Positions 37,446-47,660 are shown, numbered from the stretch's first letter. The stretch: DNA of 64,000 bases from an uncultured Candidatus Binatia bacterium (GCA_965216585.1 CBDCGC010000002.1:342459-406458), one strand, 5' to 3'. Numbers and translations are program-made. The notes: generated from the letters alone by a model not told the origin.

Positions 37446-38430
37446 CTGTCTCACGATATTGAATAGACGAAGAGTTCGTCAAGCGTGTGGCGCGGCGCAG
37501 GCGGTCGTTGATGGCGCGGCCCAACCCGCGATCGGGGGCGGCGACGGCGTAGATGCGCTCGTAGTCGCCGGCGTCGAGGTCGCGCATGGCGGCAAACAGG
37601 TGAGCCGCTGCTTCTTCGAGGTTGCGGTTGGGGGAGAGGACGCGCACCGCCGCGAACCCTTTCGCTGCGCCGCTGCCGATGGGCGCCAGTAGGGCCGCCG
37701 TGGTGCGCCGCCTGGCGTCGATTCGAGCCGGGTCGTCGACCACGGTGAGGGGAGTCCGCGTGGCGTAGTGGCTGCTCAACTGACCCGGGGCGTCCGGTGC
37801 GCTCGAGTTTTCGGTCGCCACCTCGACCGCTCCGAGTTGTCGTTCGATGACCTCGCGCGGGGTGCCGCCCTCGCGCAGCAGGCGCGGTGATCCGCCGGCC
37901 AGCGACACGATCGTCGATTCCACACCGACGCGGCAGGGGCCGCCGTCGAGGATGGTGCCGACGCGCTCGCCGAGCTGGGCGCGCACGTGCGCGGCGCACG
38001 TCGGACTGACGTAGCCGAAGGGGTTGGCACTCGGTGCGGCGATCGGTTTTTCACTGGCCTCGATGAGGGCGCGGGCGAGCGGATGGTCGGGTACCCGTAC
38101 GGCGACGGTGTCGAGCCCGGCGGTGACGATGTCGGGAATATTGGGGTGCTTGGCGAGGACGATGGTCAACGGACCGGGCCAGTGGGAGTCGATGAGTGCC
38201 TGCGCCGCGGCGGGGACAGAGGCGGCAACCTGGTCGAGATCATCGGTTCCGGCGAGGTGGACGATCAGCGGGTCGAAGCGCGGTCGCTCTTTGATGGCAA
38301 AGATGCGTGCGACTGCGACGGCGTTGGTTGCATCGGCACCGAGGCCGTAGACGGTTTCCGTCGGAAAAGCGACACACCCACCACTGCGCAGGACCTCGGC
38401 CGCCGCCGCGATCTCCGGCCCGTGTTTCAT
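37435..38430 (-). CDS. tsaC: L-threonylcarbamoyladenylate synthase (Sua5 type)
   Basis: VAFPTETVYGLGA, KERPRFDPLIVH, APSAN, GVESTI, APGQLSSHYA, AINDRLRRA. Confidence 0.95.
   Translation of the reverse strand: MKHGPEIAAAAEVLRSGGCVAFPTETVYGLGADATNAVAVARIFAIKERPRFDPLIVHLAGTDDLDQVAASVPAAAQALIDSHWPGPLTIVLAKHPNIPDIVTAGLDTVAVRVPDHPLARALIEASEKPIAAPSANPFGYVSPTCAAHVRAQLGERVGTILDGGPCRVGVESTIVSLAGGSPRLLREGGTPREVIERQLGAVEVATENSSAPDAPGQLSSHYATRTPLTVVDDPARIDARRRTTAALLAPIGSGAAKGFAAVRVLSPNRNLEEAAAHLFAAMRDLDAGDYERIYAVAAPDRGLGRAINDRLRRATRLTNSSSIQYRETDGN
37453..37482 (-). promoter_or_regulatory. Sigma70 promoter of the low-GC cassette, probably leaderless
   Basis: TTGACG-N18-TATCGT on minus strand; ATG 37445 lies 7 nt after the -10; GACGAA-gag-TTCGTC palindrome overlaps the -35 and spacer. 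Confidence 0.6.
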
Positions 38431-38478
38431 CGCCCTCTCGTCCTCGTAGCGGCGCCGCCGGGGTGGTAAGGCCAGGGC

Positions 38479-38988
38479 ATGCGGGGGGGTGCAAGACGCT
38501 GGTCTCTGAAATGGATGGTCGGCTTCGTCATCGGCGCACTCGTCGCCGGCGCGTGCCGGCGCACAGCCGTCGATGGTACGCCGATCTACACGCCGTTCAA
38601 TCAGCGCAAGCCGGTCGCCGTGCTGCGCAGTAGTCTCGACGGCAACGGCATTCACATCGACGTCGGCAGCTCCATGCAGGGCCGCCTGGCTTTGCGTTTC
38701 GACACAATCGAGCTGTTCGATGGCGGTGGGTTGGTCGTCCAGAGGCGACCGCCGCCGCGCACCTGCCTGCTGGCGGGCGAGAGCCGCGCCACCATCCGCG
38801 AGCCCGGTCCCAACGCGCAGGTGGCCGGCCGCACCCAGCGCATCGTTGCTGCCGCCGTCGCCATTCCGCTCGACAACCCGGGACGCTCGATGTACCGCGA
38901 GTGGGCCTGGCTGCGGCGACCGCACGAGATCGCCGAGATCGATGCCGAGCTGGCCCGGCTCGACGCGCTGCCGCGGTGCGGAGGTTGA
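38479..38988 (+). CDS. Hypothetical lipoprotein
   Basis: Basic N-terminus, hydrophobic core, lipobox-like AGAC; fills the gap divergent from tsaC. Confidence 0.55.
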   Translation: MRGGARRWSLKWMVGFVIGALVAGACRRTAVDGTPIYTPFNQRKPVAVLRSSLDGNGIHIDVGSSMQGRLALRFDTIELFDGGGLVVQRRPPPRTCLLAGESRATIREPGPNAQVAGRTQRIVAAAVAIPLDNPGRSMYREWAWLRRPHEIAEIDAELARLDALPRCGG

Positions 38989-39024
38989 GCACGGCGGCGC
39001 CGCTCTTGCACGCTGCGCGACCGT

Positions 39025-39156
39025 TCAGTCGTGGCGTTCGCTCTCGCGGTGCCGATCTGGTGCCGGCGAGCTCAGCAGGCGCCAGTAGCAGAAGACCAGT
39101 AGCGCGGTGACCGAGCCACAGGTCGCCAGCATGAGAAACCAGCCGGCTGCAGTCAT
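39025..39156 (-). CDS. 43-aa single-TM protein, putative small subunit of the NSS transporter (not in the ORF track)
   Basis: MTAAGWFLMLATCGSVTALLVFCYWRLLSSPAPDRHRESERHD*; AGGAGG RBS; ATGA overlap with the transporter stop. Confidence 0.75.
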   Translation of the reverse strand: MTAAGWFLMLATCGSVTALLVFCYWRLLSSPAPDRHRESERHD

Positions 39157-40736
39157 GATTCGCCTCCTTTTTCGGCTCGCGACCAGCGCAACCCGGCTCG
39201 GTGCACCAGATACGTCAGGAGCAGGGCGGTCAGGGCGATGAAGGATACGGCGATGGCCGCTTCGCTGTTGGACGACAGTTGGCGTGCGTAGGAGGAAGCG
39301 TTGGCGAAGACAAAGAGAACGAAGATGGCGATCAGGTAGGCGGGCGAAACGTACTTGATGACGAAGCGAAACCCCGGTGGCAGCTCGAGCAGGGCACCGC
39401 GGCGAATCTCGGCGATGCCCCGGTCGGTGCCGAGTACCCAGCCGAAGACCACGACGATGGTCGTCGCCAAAAGGAAGATGCCGATCTGGCCGACCCAGAA
39501 ATCCATCGCGTCGAGGGCGACGAGATCGCGGCTGTAGTGCACGACGAGGAGCGTGCCGCAGGTCGAGAGCAGGCCGAGGAGGGCGACGGCGCGGGCGCGC
39601 GTCGTCGCCAGGCCTTCCTGGAGAAAGGCGAGAACCGGTTGGAGCATGGAAATCGACGACGTCACTGCGGCCAGAAAGAGAAGGAAGAACCAGAGGAAAC
39701 CGAAGAGGGACCCGAGCGGCATGTGGTGAAAGACGACCGGCAGAGTGTAGAAGCCGAGACCGAAGGTGGAGCCGGCGACCTTCTCGACGGGTGCGGGACC
39801 GAGGAAGATGAAGGCGGCCGGGACGGTGATCAAGCCGCCGAGACAGAGCTCGCAGAACTCATTCGTCGCCGTCGAGCTCAGGCCGGAGAGGACGATGTCT
39901 TCGTCTTCGCGCACGTAGCTGGCGTAGGAGATGATGATGCCGAAGCCGATCGAGATGCTGAAGAAGACCTGACCGGTCGCCTGCAGCCAGATCTCGGGGT
40001 CGGCGAGCATGCTGAGCAGCGTTTCACCGGCCGGGATCTTGGGGTTCCACAGGAAGCCCAATCCATTGAGCACACTCTGTTCCGGCAGTGCCGGGTCGGG
40101 CGTGCCGAGGGTGAGCACGCGCAGCAGAACGATCACCGCGCAGATGATCAGCACCGGCATGGCGATGCGACAGAACGCCTCGATGCCGCGCGTGATGCCG
40201 CGATAGATCAGCGTCAAGTTGAGGGCGATCGCCAGGGCCAGAGCGAGCAGGATCGGCGCGTTGGGCGACCAGGTGATGGCGCCGTTGTGCGCGGTGCCGA
40301 CCAGCGCCTCGAAGAAGCTCGCATAGGCCGCGGCGTCGCTGCCGAGCTGGAGTTGCCCGGTCGCGTAGTACCAGGCGTAGGCCATGCACCAGGCTTCGAT
40401 GTAGACGTAGTACATGTAGACGACGAGCGGCACGAGCAGGGCGAGGACGCCGAGAAAGTGGCTGCCTGGCCGGCCGGTGACGGCGCGGAAAATCCCCGGT
40501 GCGCTGTTGTAGCCGTGCCGTCCGCCCATGCGGCCGATTCCCCATTCCGCCCAACAGATTGGAATTCCGATGAGCAGGATGGCGGTCACATAGGGGATGA
40601 GAAAGACGCCACCGCCGTACTTGGCCGCCAGGCCGGGGAAGCGCAGGAAGTTGCCGAGGCCGACCGCCGAGCCGGCGACCGCGAGGACGACGCCGATACG
40701 CGACTGCCAGTGCTGTCGGGGCTGGGTGGCGCTCAC
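39153..40736 (-). CDS. Sodium-dependent transporter, NSS/SNF (LeuT-like) family
   Basis: GSAVGLGNFLRFP, GQVFFSIS, YASY, NEFCE, AAVTSSIS; about 12 TMs. Confidence 0.93.
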   Translation of the reverse strand: MSATQPRQHWQSRIGVVLAVAGSAVGLGNFLRFPGLAAKYGGGVFLIPYVTAILLIGIPICWAEWGIGRMGGRHGYNSAPGIFRAVTGRPGSHFLGVLALLVPLVVYMYYVYIEAWCMAYAWYYATGQLQLGSDAAAYASFFEALVGTAHNGAITWSPNAPILLALALAIALNLTLIYRGITRGIEAFCRIAMPVLIICAVIVLLRVLTLGTPDPALPEQSVLNGLGFLWNPKIPAGETLLSMLADPEIWLQATGQVFFSISIGFGIIISYASYVREDEDIVLSGLSSTATNEFCELCLGGLITVPAAFIFLGPAPVEKVAGSTFGLGFYTLPVVFHHMPLGSLFGFLWFFLLFLAAVTSSISMLQPVLAFLQEGLATTRARAVALLGLLSTCGTLLVVHYSRDLVALDAMDFWVGQIGIFLLATTIVVVFGWVLGTDRGIAEIRRGALLELPPGFRFVIKYVSPAYLIAIFVLFVFANASSYARQLSSNSEAAIAVSFIALTALLLTYLVHRAGLRWSRAEKGGES

Positions 40737-41095
40737 GCGTCGGCACTCGGGCAGGTGGCGAGGAGCTCGTCGCCGCGCCAGCACAGCGGCACCCGCACCA
40801 GTCGCTTGCCGAGCGGTGGACCGTCGACGCAGAGGCCGCTGTCCGGCTCGAAGAGCGCGCCGTGCGTCGCGCACTGAAGGAAGCACTTGTCTTCGGTGAA
40901 GAACTGATTCTCGACCCAGTCCATCGTCATCGGCACGTGCCGGCATTGATTGACGAAGGCGTGGTGCTCACCTTTGAAGAGGACGACGAAGGCCTCGACC
41001 TCGCGTCCCTCGCAGTCGAGAAAGAACTTCTTCGATGCTCCCTCGGCCAACTCGCCGCGGCGTAAAACCGAAACGCTTTGATCATCGTCAGTCAT
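40733..41095 (-). CDS. Rieske [2Fe-2S] ferredoxin
   Basis: NQCRH...CATHGALF...GLCVDGP. Confidence 0.9.
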   Translation of the reverse strand: MTDDDQSVSVLRRGELAEGASKKFFLDCEGREVEAFVVLFKGEHHAFVNQCRHVPMTMDWVENQFFTEDKCFLQCATHGALFEPDSGLCVDGPPLGKRLVRVPLCWRGDELLATCPSADA

Positions 41096-41275
41096 GGCGG
41101 CTGTCCCGAGTGGTCGGCTCGGCGCCGACAGCTGCAAGATAGCGCGTCCGTGGCGTCGATCCAACGCGCATCGCAAGGGCCGCGGCAAAGCCGCCTCGCC
41201 GATGGTCCGTGTTTGCGCGTGGTCGAGAAGTCTGGCTCAATGATCGTTTACCAGGTTTTCGGAGGGATCGACCAG

Positions 41276-41842
41276 ATGCATCGAATCGTTGTGACTACAT
41301 TGGCGCTGGCCGTGTCGTTGGCGACACAGGTGAGCGCAGGGGAGAATCCAATGCTGCTGATGAAGACATCCAAGGGCGAGGTCAAGATCGAGCTCTTCAA
41401 GGACAAGGCGCCGGGTACGACCGAGAACTTCCTCTCCTACGTCAAGAGCGGCCACTACGACGGCACGATCTTCCATCGCGTCATTCCCGACTTCATGGTC
41501 CAGGGTGGCGGCTTCGACGCCGACTTCAAAGAGAAGAAGACGGGTGCTGCGATCCAGAACGAAGCGACGAACGGCGTCAAGAACCAGCGCGGGACGCTGG
41601 CCATGGCGCGCACGCAGGCGCCGCACAGCGCGACGGCGCAGTTCTTCATCAACACCGTCGACAATGCCTTCCTCGATCACAAGGACAAGGGCGCGGGCTT
41701 TGGCTATGCGGTCTTCGGCAAGGTGAGCGAGGGGATGGACGTCATCGATTCGATCCAAAAAGTGAAGACCGGTTCGAAAGGGTTGCACAACGACGTACCG
41801 GTCGAGCCCGTCGTGATCGAGAGCATCAGCGTCGTGGAGTGA
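41276..41842 (+). CDS. ppiA: Periplasmic cyclophilin-type peptidyl-prolyl isomerase
   Basis: Signal peptide; [38 protein letters not shown]. Confidence 0.92.
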   Translation: MHRIVVTTLALAVSLATQVSAGENPMLLMKTSKGEVKIELFKDKAPGTTENFLSYVKSGHYDGTIFHRVIPDFMVQGGGFDADFKEKKTGAAIQNEATNGVKNQRGTLAMARTQAPHSATAQFFINTVDNAFLDHKDKGAGFGYAVFGKVSEGMDVIDSIQKVKTGSKGLHNDVPVEPVVIESISVVE

Positions 41843-42519
41843 GCGCGCGCGCCGGAGTCATCTTCGATTTCGACGGCGTCATCGTCGATTCGGAGCCGCT
41901 GCAGTACCGTTCGTACGCGCAGGCACTGGCGCCCTACGGCGTCGAGATCAGCGCCGGGGAATACGAGCGCGAGTGGATTGCGGCGGGTCGAGGTCCCGAG
42001 TACGTCGTCGACCGCTACGCGCTGAGCATCACGCCGGATGAGTTGCGGCGCGTAAAGGAACCGATCTACGCCGAAATGCTGCGCGGCGAAGCGCAGCTCA
42101 TGCCGGGAATCAGCGAGGCGTTGGCGCGCCTCGGGGCCGAGTTCCCGCTCGCCGTAGCGACCAATTCGGTTGCCGCCGAAGCGGGATTCGTCCTCGATAC
42201 CTTCGACTTGCGCAAGCATTTCGCCGCCGTCGTCACGCGCGAGGACTACAGCGGCCGCAAACCGCTGCCGGATGCGTTTGTCACCGCGACGCAACGCCTC
42301 GACCTGGCGCCGGCGCGCTGCGTCGTCATCGAAGATGCGTACAAAGGCGTGCTGGCAGCCGAGCGGGCTGGCTGCCCGTGCGTTGCCATCCCGCACGATT
42401 TTACGCGCTCGAATGACTTTACACGTGCCACGGTCGTGCTAGAGAGCTTGCACGACGTGACCACCGGATTGATCTGGGAGTTGGTCGGCGGTGGTCGCCG
42501 GGAGGGAGACGACGAGTGA
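41839..42519 (+). CDS. HAD family phosphatase (beta-PGM/CbbY-like)
   Basis: [27 protein letters not shown]. Confidence 0.9.
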   Translation: MSARAGVIFDFDGVIVDSEPLQYRSYAQALAPYGVEISAGEYEREWIAAGRGPEYVVDRYALSITPDELRRVKEPIYAEMLRGEAQLMPGISEALARLGAEFPLAVATNSVAAEAGFVLDTFDLRKHFAAVVTREDYSGRKPLPDAFVTATQRLDLAPARCVVIEDAYKGVLAAERAGCPCVAIPHDFTRSNDFTRATVVLESLHDVTTGLIWELVGGGRREGDDE

Positions 42520-42914
42520 GCGCAAGCACGGAGCTGGCCGCACGCTTTTTGGTGACGGCGTTCTTCGCCGTCGTCTTCTTGCAGTCGGCGCTCGACAAGA
42601 TCCTCGATCGCGACGGCAACCTCGCCTACTTCACCGATCACTTCAAGAACAGCCCCTTTCCCGCCGATGCCATCCCCTTGCTCCTGATGGCGATCACGGC
42701 CATCGAAGGTTTGGCGGGTGCCCTCTGCGCGCTCGGAATCATCTCCGGCTCCTGGGCGCGCGGCGGCTTCGGCCTTGCCGCCGCCGGTGTGACGATGTCG
42801 GGCTGTGCCCTGCTCGCACTGTTGATTGGCCAGCGCCTGGCCAAAGACTACGCCGGTGCCGCGGTCATCGCGACGTACTTTGCCGTCGCACTGATCGGCC
42901 TGTCCGCGTTCTGA
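42516..42914 (+). CDS. DoxX family membrane protein
   Basis: FLQSALDK...HFKNSP, GQRLAKDYAGAA; four TMs. Confidence 0.8.
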   Translation: MSASTELAARFLVTAFFAVVFLQSALDKILDRDGNLAYFTDHFKNSPFPADAIPLLLMAITAIEGLAGALCALGIISGSWARGGFGLAAAGVTMSGCALLALLIGQRLAKDYAGAAVIATYFAVALIGLSAF

Positions 42915-43010
42915 TCAAAAAGCACTGGCGCTCGCCACGTCGTCGCGGCAGGGCTCGTTGAAGTCTTCGCGGACTTCGAACGACCCACCGTCACCGACCT
43001 CTTCGGTCGT

Positions 43011-44024
43011 TCAAACCTCCCAGGTATCCCCCTGGCTGAAGAGGCTGTCGAGGTCGACGCTTCCGTTCTTGTCCTTGGCGGCCTGAACCTGCTGGCCCAT
43101 GGCGGAGTCGTAGGTCGGTCGCTCGACGGCGCGGAAGACGCCGATCGGTGCCGGAAAGTTGGGCGGCTGCAACGTGCTGAGGAGGAAGGCGAGGGCGGCG
43201 TCCTGCTCGTCGTGGACGAGTAGATCCGACTCGCTGACGCCGTTGCCGATCTCTACGACCTCCAATCGGGGGCCGCCCATGCGGATTCCTTTGTCGCGGT
43301 TCTTGCCGAAGATCATCGGCTTGCCGTGCTCGAGAACGAGCTGATTCTCTTGCTTGTTCTCCTTGTCGGTGAGCGAGGCAAAAGCACCGTCGTTGAATAT
43401 GTTGCAGTTCTGCAGGATCTCGATGAACGCCGTGCCCCGGTGTCCGGCGGCGCGGCGGATGATCGATTGGAGATGCTTCGCTTCGACGTCGATGCTGCGC
43501 GCGACGAAGGTCGCCTCGGCGCCGAGGGCGACGCTGATCGGGTGCAGCGGGTAGTCGACCGAGCCGAGCGGCGAGGATTTGGTGACCTTGCCGCGCTCGG
43601 AGGTCGGCGAGTACTGCCCCTTGGTCAGCCCGTAGATCTGGTTGTTGAAGAGCAGGATGTTGAGGTCGACGTTGCGCCGCAGCACGTGCAGGAGGTGATT
43701 GCCGCCGATGCTCAGGCCGTCGCCGTCGCCGGTCACCACCCACACCGAAAGGTCCGGTCGCGAGGCCTTGAGCCCGGTGGCAATGGCCGGCGCCCTCCCG
43801 TGGATGGAGTGAAAGCCGTAGGTGTTCATGTAGTAGGGAAAGCGGCTCGAGCAGCCGATGCCAGAGATGAAGACCGTATTCTCGCGCTTCGATTCCAGCT
43901 CCGGCATGAGGCGCTGCACCTGCGCCAGGATCGAGTAATCGCCGCATCCCGGACACCAGCGCACGTCTTGATCGCTGACGAAGTCCTTGCGTGTCAGCTT
44001 GGGTGCGTTCGCATTGTCGCTCAT
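43011..44024 (-). CDS. korB: 2-oxoacid:ferredoxin oxidoreductase beta subunit
   Basis: WCPGCG, SGIGCSS, HGRA, GDGD, YGLTKGQYSPT. Confidence 0.95.
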   Translation of the reverse strand: MSDNANAPKLTRKDFVSDQDVRWCPGCGDYSILAQVQRLMPELESKRENTVFISGIGCSSRFPYYMNTYGFHSIHGRAPAIATGLKASRPDLSVWVVTGDGDGLSIGGNHLLHVLRRNVDLNILLFNNQIYGLTKGQYSPTSERGKVTKSSPLGSVDYPLHPISVALGAEATFVARSIDVEAKHLQSIIRRAAGHRGTAFIEILQNCNIFNDGAFASLTDKENKQENQLVLEHGKPMIFGKNRDKGIRMGGPRLEVVEIGNGVSESDLLVHDEQDAALAFLLSTLQPPNFPAPIGVFRAVERPTYDSAMGQQVQAAKDKNGSVDLDSLFSQGDTWEV

Positions 44025-45886
44025 TTCTTGCTCCCGATCAGAGACTCCGCCTTGCGGACGATCTCGCTCACCTTGAAGGGTTGCCCCTGGATCTTGTTGA
44101 GTCCGATCGCGTCGATCAGGTACTCGGCCCGAATCAGGCGCACGAGCTGTCCCATGTTCAACTCGGGAATCAGCACGTGTTTGAAGCGGGAGAGAATCTC
44201 GCGCAGATCGGGGGGCAGGGGATTGATGTAGCGGATGTGGGCGTGGGCGACTTGCTTGCCCTCGGCCTGCATTCGTCGCGAGGCCGACTCGATCGAGCCG
44301 TAGGTGCTACCCCAGCCGAGGATGACGACGTCGCCTTCCTGCGGGCCGTTGAGCTCGGTCGGCGGGATCTCGCGAACGATGCCGGCGATTTTGCGACTGC
44401 GCACGCGGACCATTTGTTCGTGGTTCATCGGTGCGTAGCTGACGTTGCCGGTCAAGTAGTCCTTCTCGATGCCACCGATGCGGTGCTCGAGTCCGGGCGT
44501 GCCGGGAATTGCCCAGGGTCGGGCGAGCGTTTCCGGGTTGCGCAGGTAGGGGAAGAATCCCTGCGGGTCGGTGCGGAACGTCACCTCGACGTCGGCGAGG
44601 TCGGCTGAGTTGGGGATCTGCCACGGCTCGGCGCCGTTGGCGAGGTAGCCGTCGGAGAGCAGAAACACCGGCGTCATGTAGTGAGCGGCGATGCGCACGG
44701 CGTCATAGGCGACGGCGAAGCAGTCGGCCGGTGTCGCCGGCGCCAGGATCGGCACCGGAGAGTCGCTGTTGCGCCCGTAGAGGGCGAGCATCAAGTCGGC
44801 CTGTTCGGTCTTGGTGGGCAAGCCGGTACTTGGCCCGCCGCGCTGGATGTCGGCGATGATCAGGGGCAGCTCGACGCTGACGGCCAGGTTGATGGTCTCC
44901 GACTTCAGGCAGACGCCCGGGCCGCTGGTCGAGGTGACGGCGATGGCGCCGCCGAATGCCGCGCCGAGCGCTGCGCCAACACCGGCGATCTCGTCTTCGG
45001 CCTGGAAGGTGTAGACGTCGTAGGCTTTGTGTTGTGCCAGCTCGTGCAGGATGTCGGAGGCCGGCGTGATCGGATAGGTACCGAGAAAGAGCGGCCGGCC
45101 CGCCTTGTGCGCCGCCGCCAACAAGCCGAGCGACGTCGCCGCATTACCGGTGATGTTGCGGTAGCGCCCCGGCGCGATGGTCGCAGCCTCGACCTTGTAA
45201 GCGGTGGTGAAGACTTCGGCGGTCTCGCCGTAGTTGTAGCCCGCTTGAAGCACGCGCCGGTTGGCTTCGGCGATCTCGGGTTTCTTGGCAAACTTCTTCT
45301 CGATCCACCTCAGCGTCGCTTCGATATCGCGCTGGAACATCCAGGAGGTCAGCCCGAGAGCGAAGAAGTTGCGCGAGCGCATCATCGTCCGCGTCGGCAG
45401 GCCCATGTCGTTGAGTGCGTTCAGAGTCAGCTTGGTGATGCTGACGGGGAAGAGTTGGAAGCGGTCGAGCGAGCCATCGGTAAGTGGATCGGCTGCGAAC
45501 TCGGCCTTCTTGATGTTCTGGTCGGTGAACTGCTCCTTGTCGACGATGAGGATCCCGTTGGCCGGAAGATCGCCGACGTTGACCTTGAGCGCTGCCGGGT
45601 TCATGGCCACCAGGACGTCCGGCTGATCGCCGGGCGTGAAGATGTCGAGGCTGGAGAAGTGCAACTGAAAGCCGCTGACGCCGGCCAGCGTTCCCGCCGG
45701 CGCCCGGATCTCGGCCGGGAAGTCGGGTAGCGTGCTGAGGTCGTTGCCGGCCAGTGCACTCTCGTTGGTGAAGTGCATTCCAGCCAACTGCATTCCGTCG
45801 CCGGAATCGCCGGCGAATCGGATCACGACCTGTTCGCGATCCTCGACTGCCTTTTCGGTGTTGGCCACCGATTCACTCTGCATCAT
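44021..45886 (-). CDS. korA: 2-oxoacid:ferredoxin oxidoreductase alpha(-gamma) subunit
   Basis: AGDSGDG, PAEIR, YPITPAS, QAEDEI, QRGGPSTG, ELNMGQL. Confidence 0.95.
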   Translation of the reverse strand: MMQSESVANTEKAVEDREQVVIRFAGDSGDGMQLAGMHFTNESALAGNDLSTLPDFPAEIRAPAGTLAGVSGFQLHFSSLDIFTPGDQPDVLVAMNPAALKVNVGDLPANGILIVDKEQFTDQNIKKAEFAADPLTDGSLDRFQLFPVSITKLTLNALNDMGLPTRTMMRSRNFFALGLTSWMFQRDIEATLRWIEKKFAKKPEIAEANRRVLQAGYNYGETAEVFTTAYKVEAATIAPGRYRNITGNAATSLGLLAAAHKAGRPLFLGTYPITPASDILHELAQHKAYDVYTFQAEDEIAGVGAALGAAFGGAIAVTSTSGPGVCLKSETINLAVSVELPLIIADIQRGGPSTGLPTKTEQADLMLALYGRNSDSPVPILAPATPADCFAVAYDAVRIAAHYMTPVFLLSDGYLANGAEPWQIPNSADLADVEVTFRTDPQGFFPYLRNPETLARPWAIPGTPGLEHRIGGIEKDYLTGNVSYAPMNHEQMVRVRSRKIAGIVREIPPTELNGPQEGDVVILGWGSTYGSIESASRRMQAEGKQVAHAHIRYINPLPPDLREILSRFKHVLIPELNMGQLVRLIRAEYLIDAIGLNKIQGQPFKVSEIVRKAESLIGSKK

Positions 45887-46074
45887 GTGCTCCTAGTGCA
45901 AATCCGTTGAGTTCCCGATTGCGCGGGGTAGGGGGCATCGGATTGGCAGCGTGTCGCCTGGCGTCGTCGCCGCGCGGCGAGTCGAATCGCATCAGCCTGC
46001 TGGAAAATCAGCGAGGTGTATCCTTGCCCGGATGGCCCAATCCTCGTCTCCGCTCAGCTATCCGTCCATCCTCT

Positions 46075-46096
46075 AAACGCATTTAGCCATGCGTTT
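46075..46096. promoter_or_regulatory. 8-6-8 inverted repeat in the korA / EEP divergent region
   Basis: AAACGCAT-ttagcc-ATGCGTTT. Confidence 0.45.
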
Positions 46097-46247
46097 TGGG
46101 TGAATTCAACATGGGATTTGGCGATCTGCCGCACTCTTCGACATCGCCTTGGCCTTGCCGAGCGGTTGCCGAGTCGGCTCGGCAGCCGAAAGCTCCCCTC
46201 TCTCTGGCGCTTGACGATGAGGCGGCGCCTGAGCTTGGGTGGCGGGC

Positions 46248-47309
46248 ATGCAGAGGATCCTCTTGGTGATCACCCCGGTGATCGCCCTGGCAATTGCGGC
46301 ATGCGGTGGAGACGACGACGCGGCTCGGACGTTTCGCGTCGCTTCTTGTCATCCCGAGCCGCCGCTTGCCGAGGTGCGCGTCGCTTCCTTGAACGTCCTG
46401 CACGGGATCTTCTGCCCCGCCGCCACCGTCGATTGTCGGATCGCCGACCGCGTCGATTTGCTCTTCGAGTGGATCGAGTCGATCGGCTGCCCCGAGGTCG
46501 TCGTCCTGCAAGAGGTGCTGGGTCCTCGCGTTGCCGATGCCCTGCGCGATCAGGTCGGGCGGCGTTGCGCCTTCACCTACGAGATTCACGAGCCACCGCG
46601 CGGTAGTCAGAACTTCACCCTCTCGCGCTATCCGGTGTTGGCGACCAACGAGAATACTCTCTTTGGCGGGCTGCGGGTGCTCTGGCACACCCGCATCGAT
46701 CACCCGATCGGTGTGGTCGATGTGTTCAACACGCATCTCGCCGCCGGAGTAGACGGCGGCCCCTCGGCGTGCGGCGAGTCGTGTCCCGAGGAGTGCCGCG
46801 AGCGCGGTGCCGTCAGCACGCGCGATTGCCAGGCCGTGCAGGTGGCCAACCGCGCCTCCCAGCACGCCGCCGCCGGATCGCTGCGCGTCCTCGCCGGCGA
46901 CTTCAACGCGACACCCGATACCTTCGTCTACCGCCACCTGCTCGAGCGCGGTTGGTTCGATGTGTTCACTGAAGCCGGCAACTTCGAATGCGATCCGACG
47001 ACCGGCAACGGCTGTACCTCCGGACGCGAGGACGAAGCGTTGGAGGACATGGAATCGCCGGCCAACGGTGTGCGTCGGCGCATCGACTATCTCTTCATCC
47101 AAGCCGCGCCAGGCCAAGCTGCGCCGGACGATGGCAGCGGCTGTCGGTGCACGATCGATTCCTCGGCAGACCGCGACGGCGACGGAGTCGCTACGAAGAT
47201 CTTCGCCGACGACGCCAATCCGTTCGCCGACACCTGCGGTGCCGCTCCCCAACCCATCTGCTGGCCCTCCGATCACGAGGGCATGCAACTCGATTTGAAC
47301 TGCCGCTGA
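46248..47309 (+). CDS. Cys-rich EEP-family lipoprotein
   Basis: Lipobox IAAC; SLNVLHG, LQEV, NTHL, AGDFN, RIDY, PSDH. Confidence 0.87.
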   Translation: MQRILLVITPVIALAIAACGGDDDAARTFRVASCHPEPPLAEVRVASLNVLHGIFCPAATVDCRIADRVDLLFEWIESIGCPEVVVLQEVLGPRVADALRDQVGRRCAFTYEIHEPPRGSQNFTLSRYPVLATNENTLFGGLRVLWHTRIDHPIGVVDVFNTHLAAGVDGGPSACGESCPEECRERGAVSTRDCQAVQVANRASQHAAAGSLRVLAGDFNATPDTFVYRHLLERGWFDVFTEAGNFECDPTTGNGCTSGREDEALEDMESPANGVRRRIDYLFIQAAPGQAAPDDGSGCRCTIDSSADRDGDGVATKIFADDANPFADTCGAAPQPICWPSDHEGMQLDLNCR

Positions 47310-47660
47310 GGGCTGTCGGTCAGGTCTTGATCGTCGTGGCGGGCCCCGGCCGGCGCGGGAGGACAGCCGCGCAGCCGGCCGGGGGCCGTCAGAGGAATCG
47401 CGATGCCAACCGCGACCCGAACCCATCGGCGATCCAAGGGACGCAACAGGTGTGCCACTCGCATTTGGGTTCAGGTCGGCGGGGTCGGTCGATGTGAGGT
47501 GTCCAATCCGGCAGAATTGGAAGCCCACCATGTCCGGTTGGCCGGACAGGTGTCGCACTCGATCTGAGCTTGATCCGGCGCTTCGCTCGAGTCGGCGAGC
47601 CCAGCGAGCTCCGGATCTATGCTGAAGGGGCGTGCAGGTTGGCTGATCAGCGCCGCCTGC

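Noticed and set aside
37435-38925. Extended ORF-track starts (tsaC 496 aa, NSS 597 aa, HAD 436 aa, DUF3501 284 aa, DUF1566 404 aa)
   Set aside because: The extensions overlap neighbouring genes or intergenic DNA; downstream starts fit family lengths and RBS positions.
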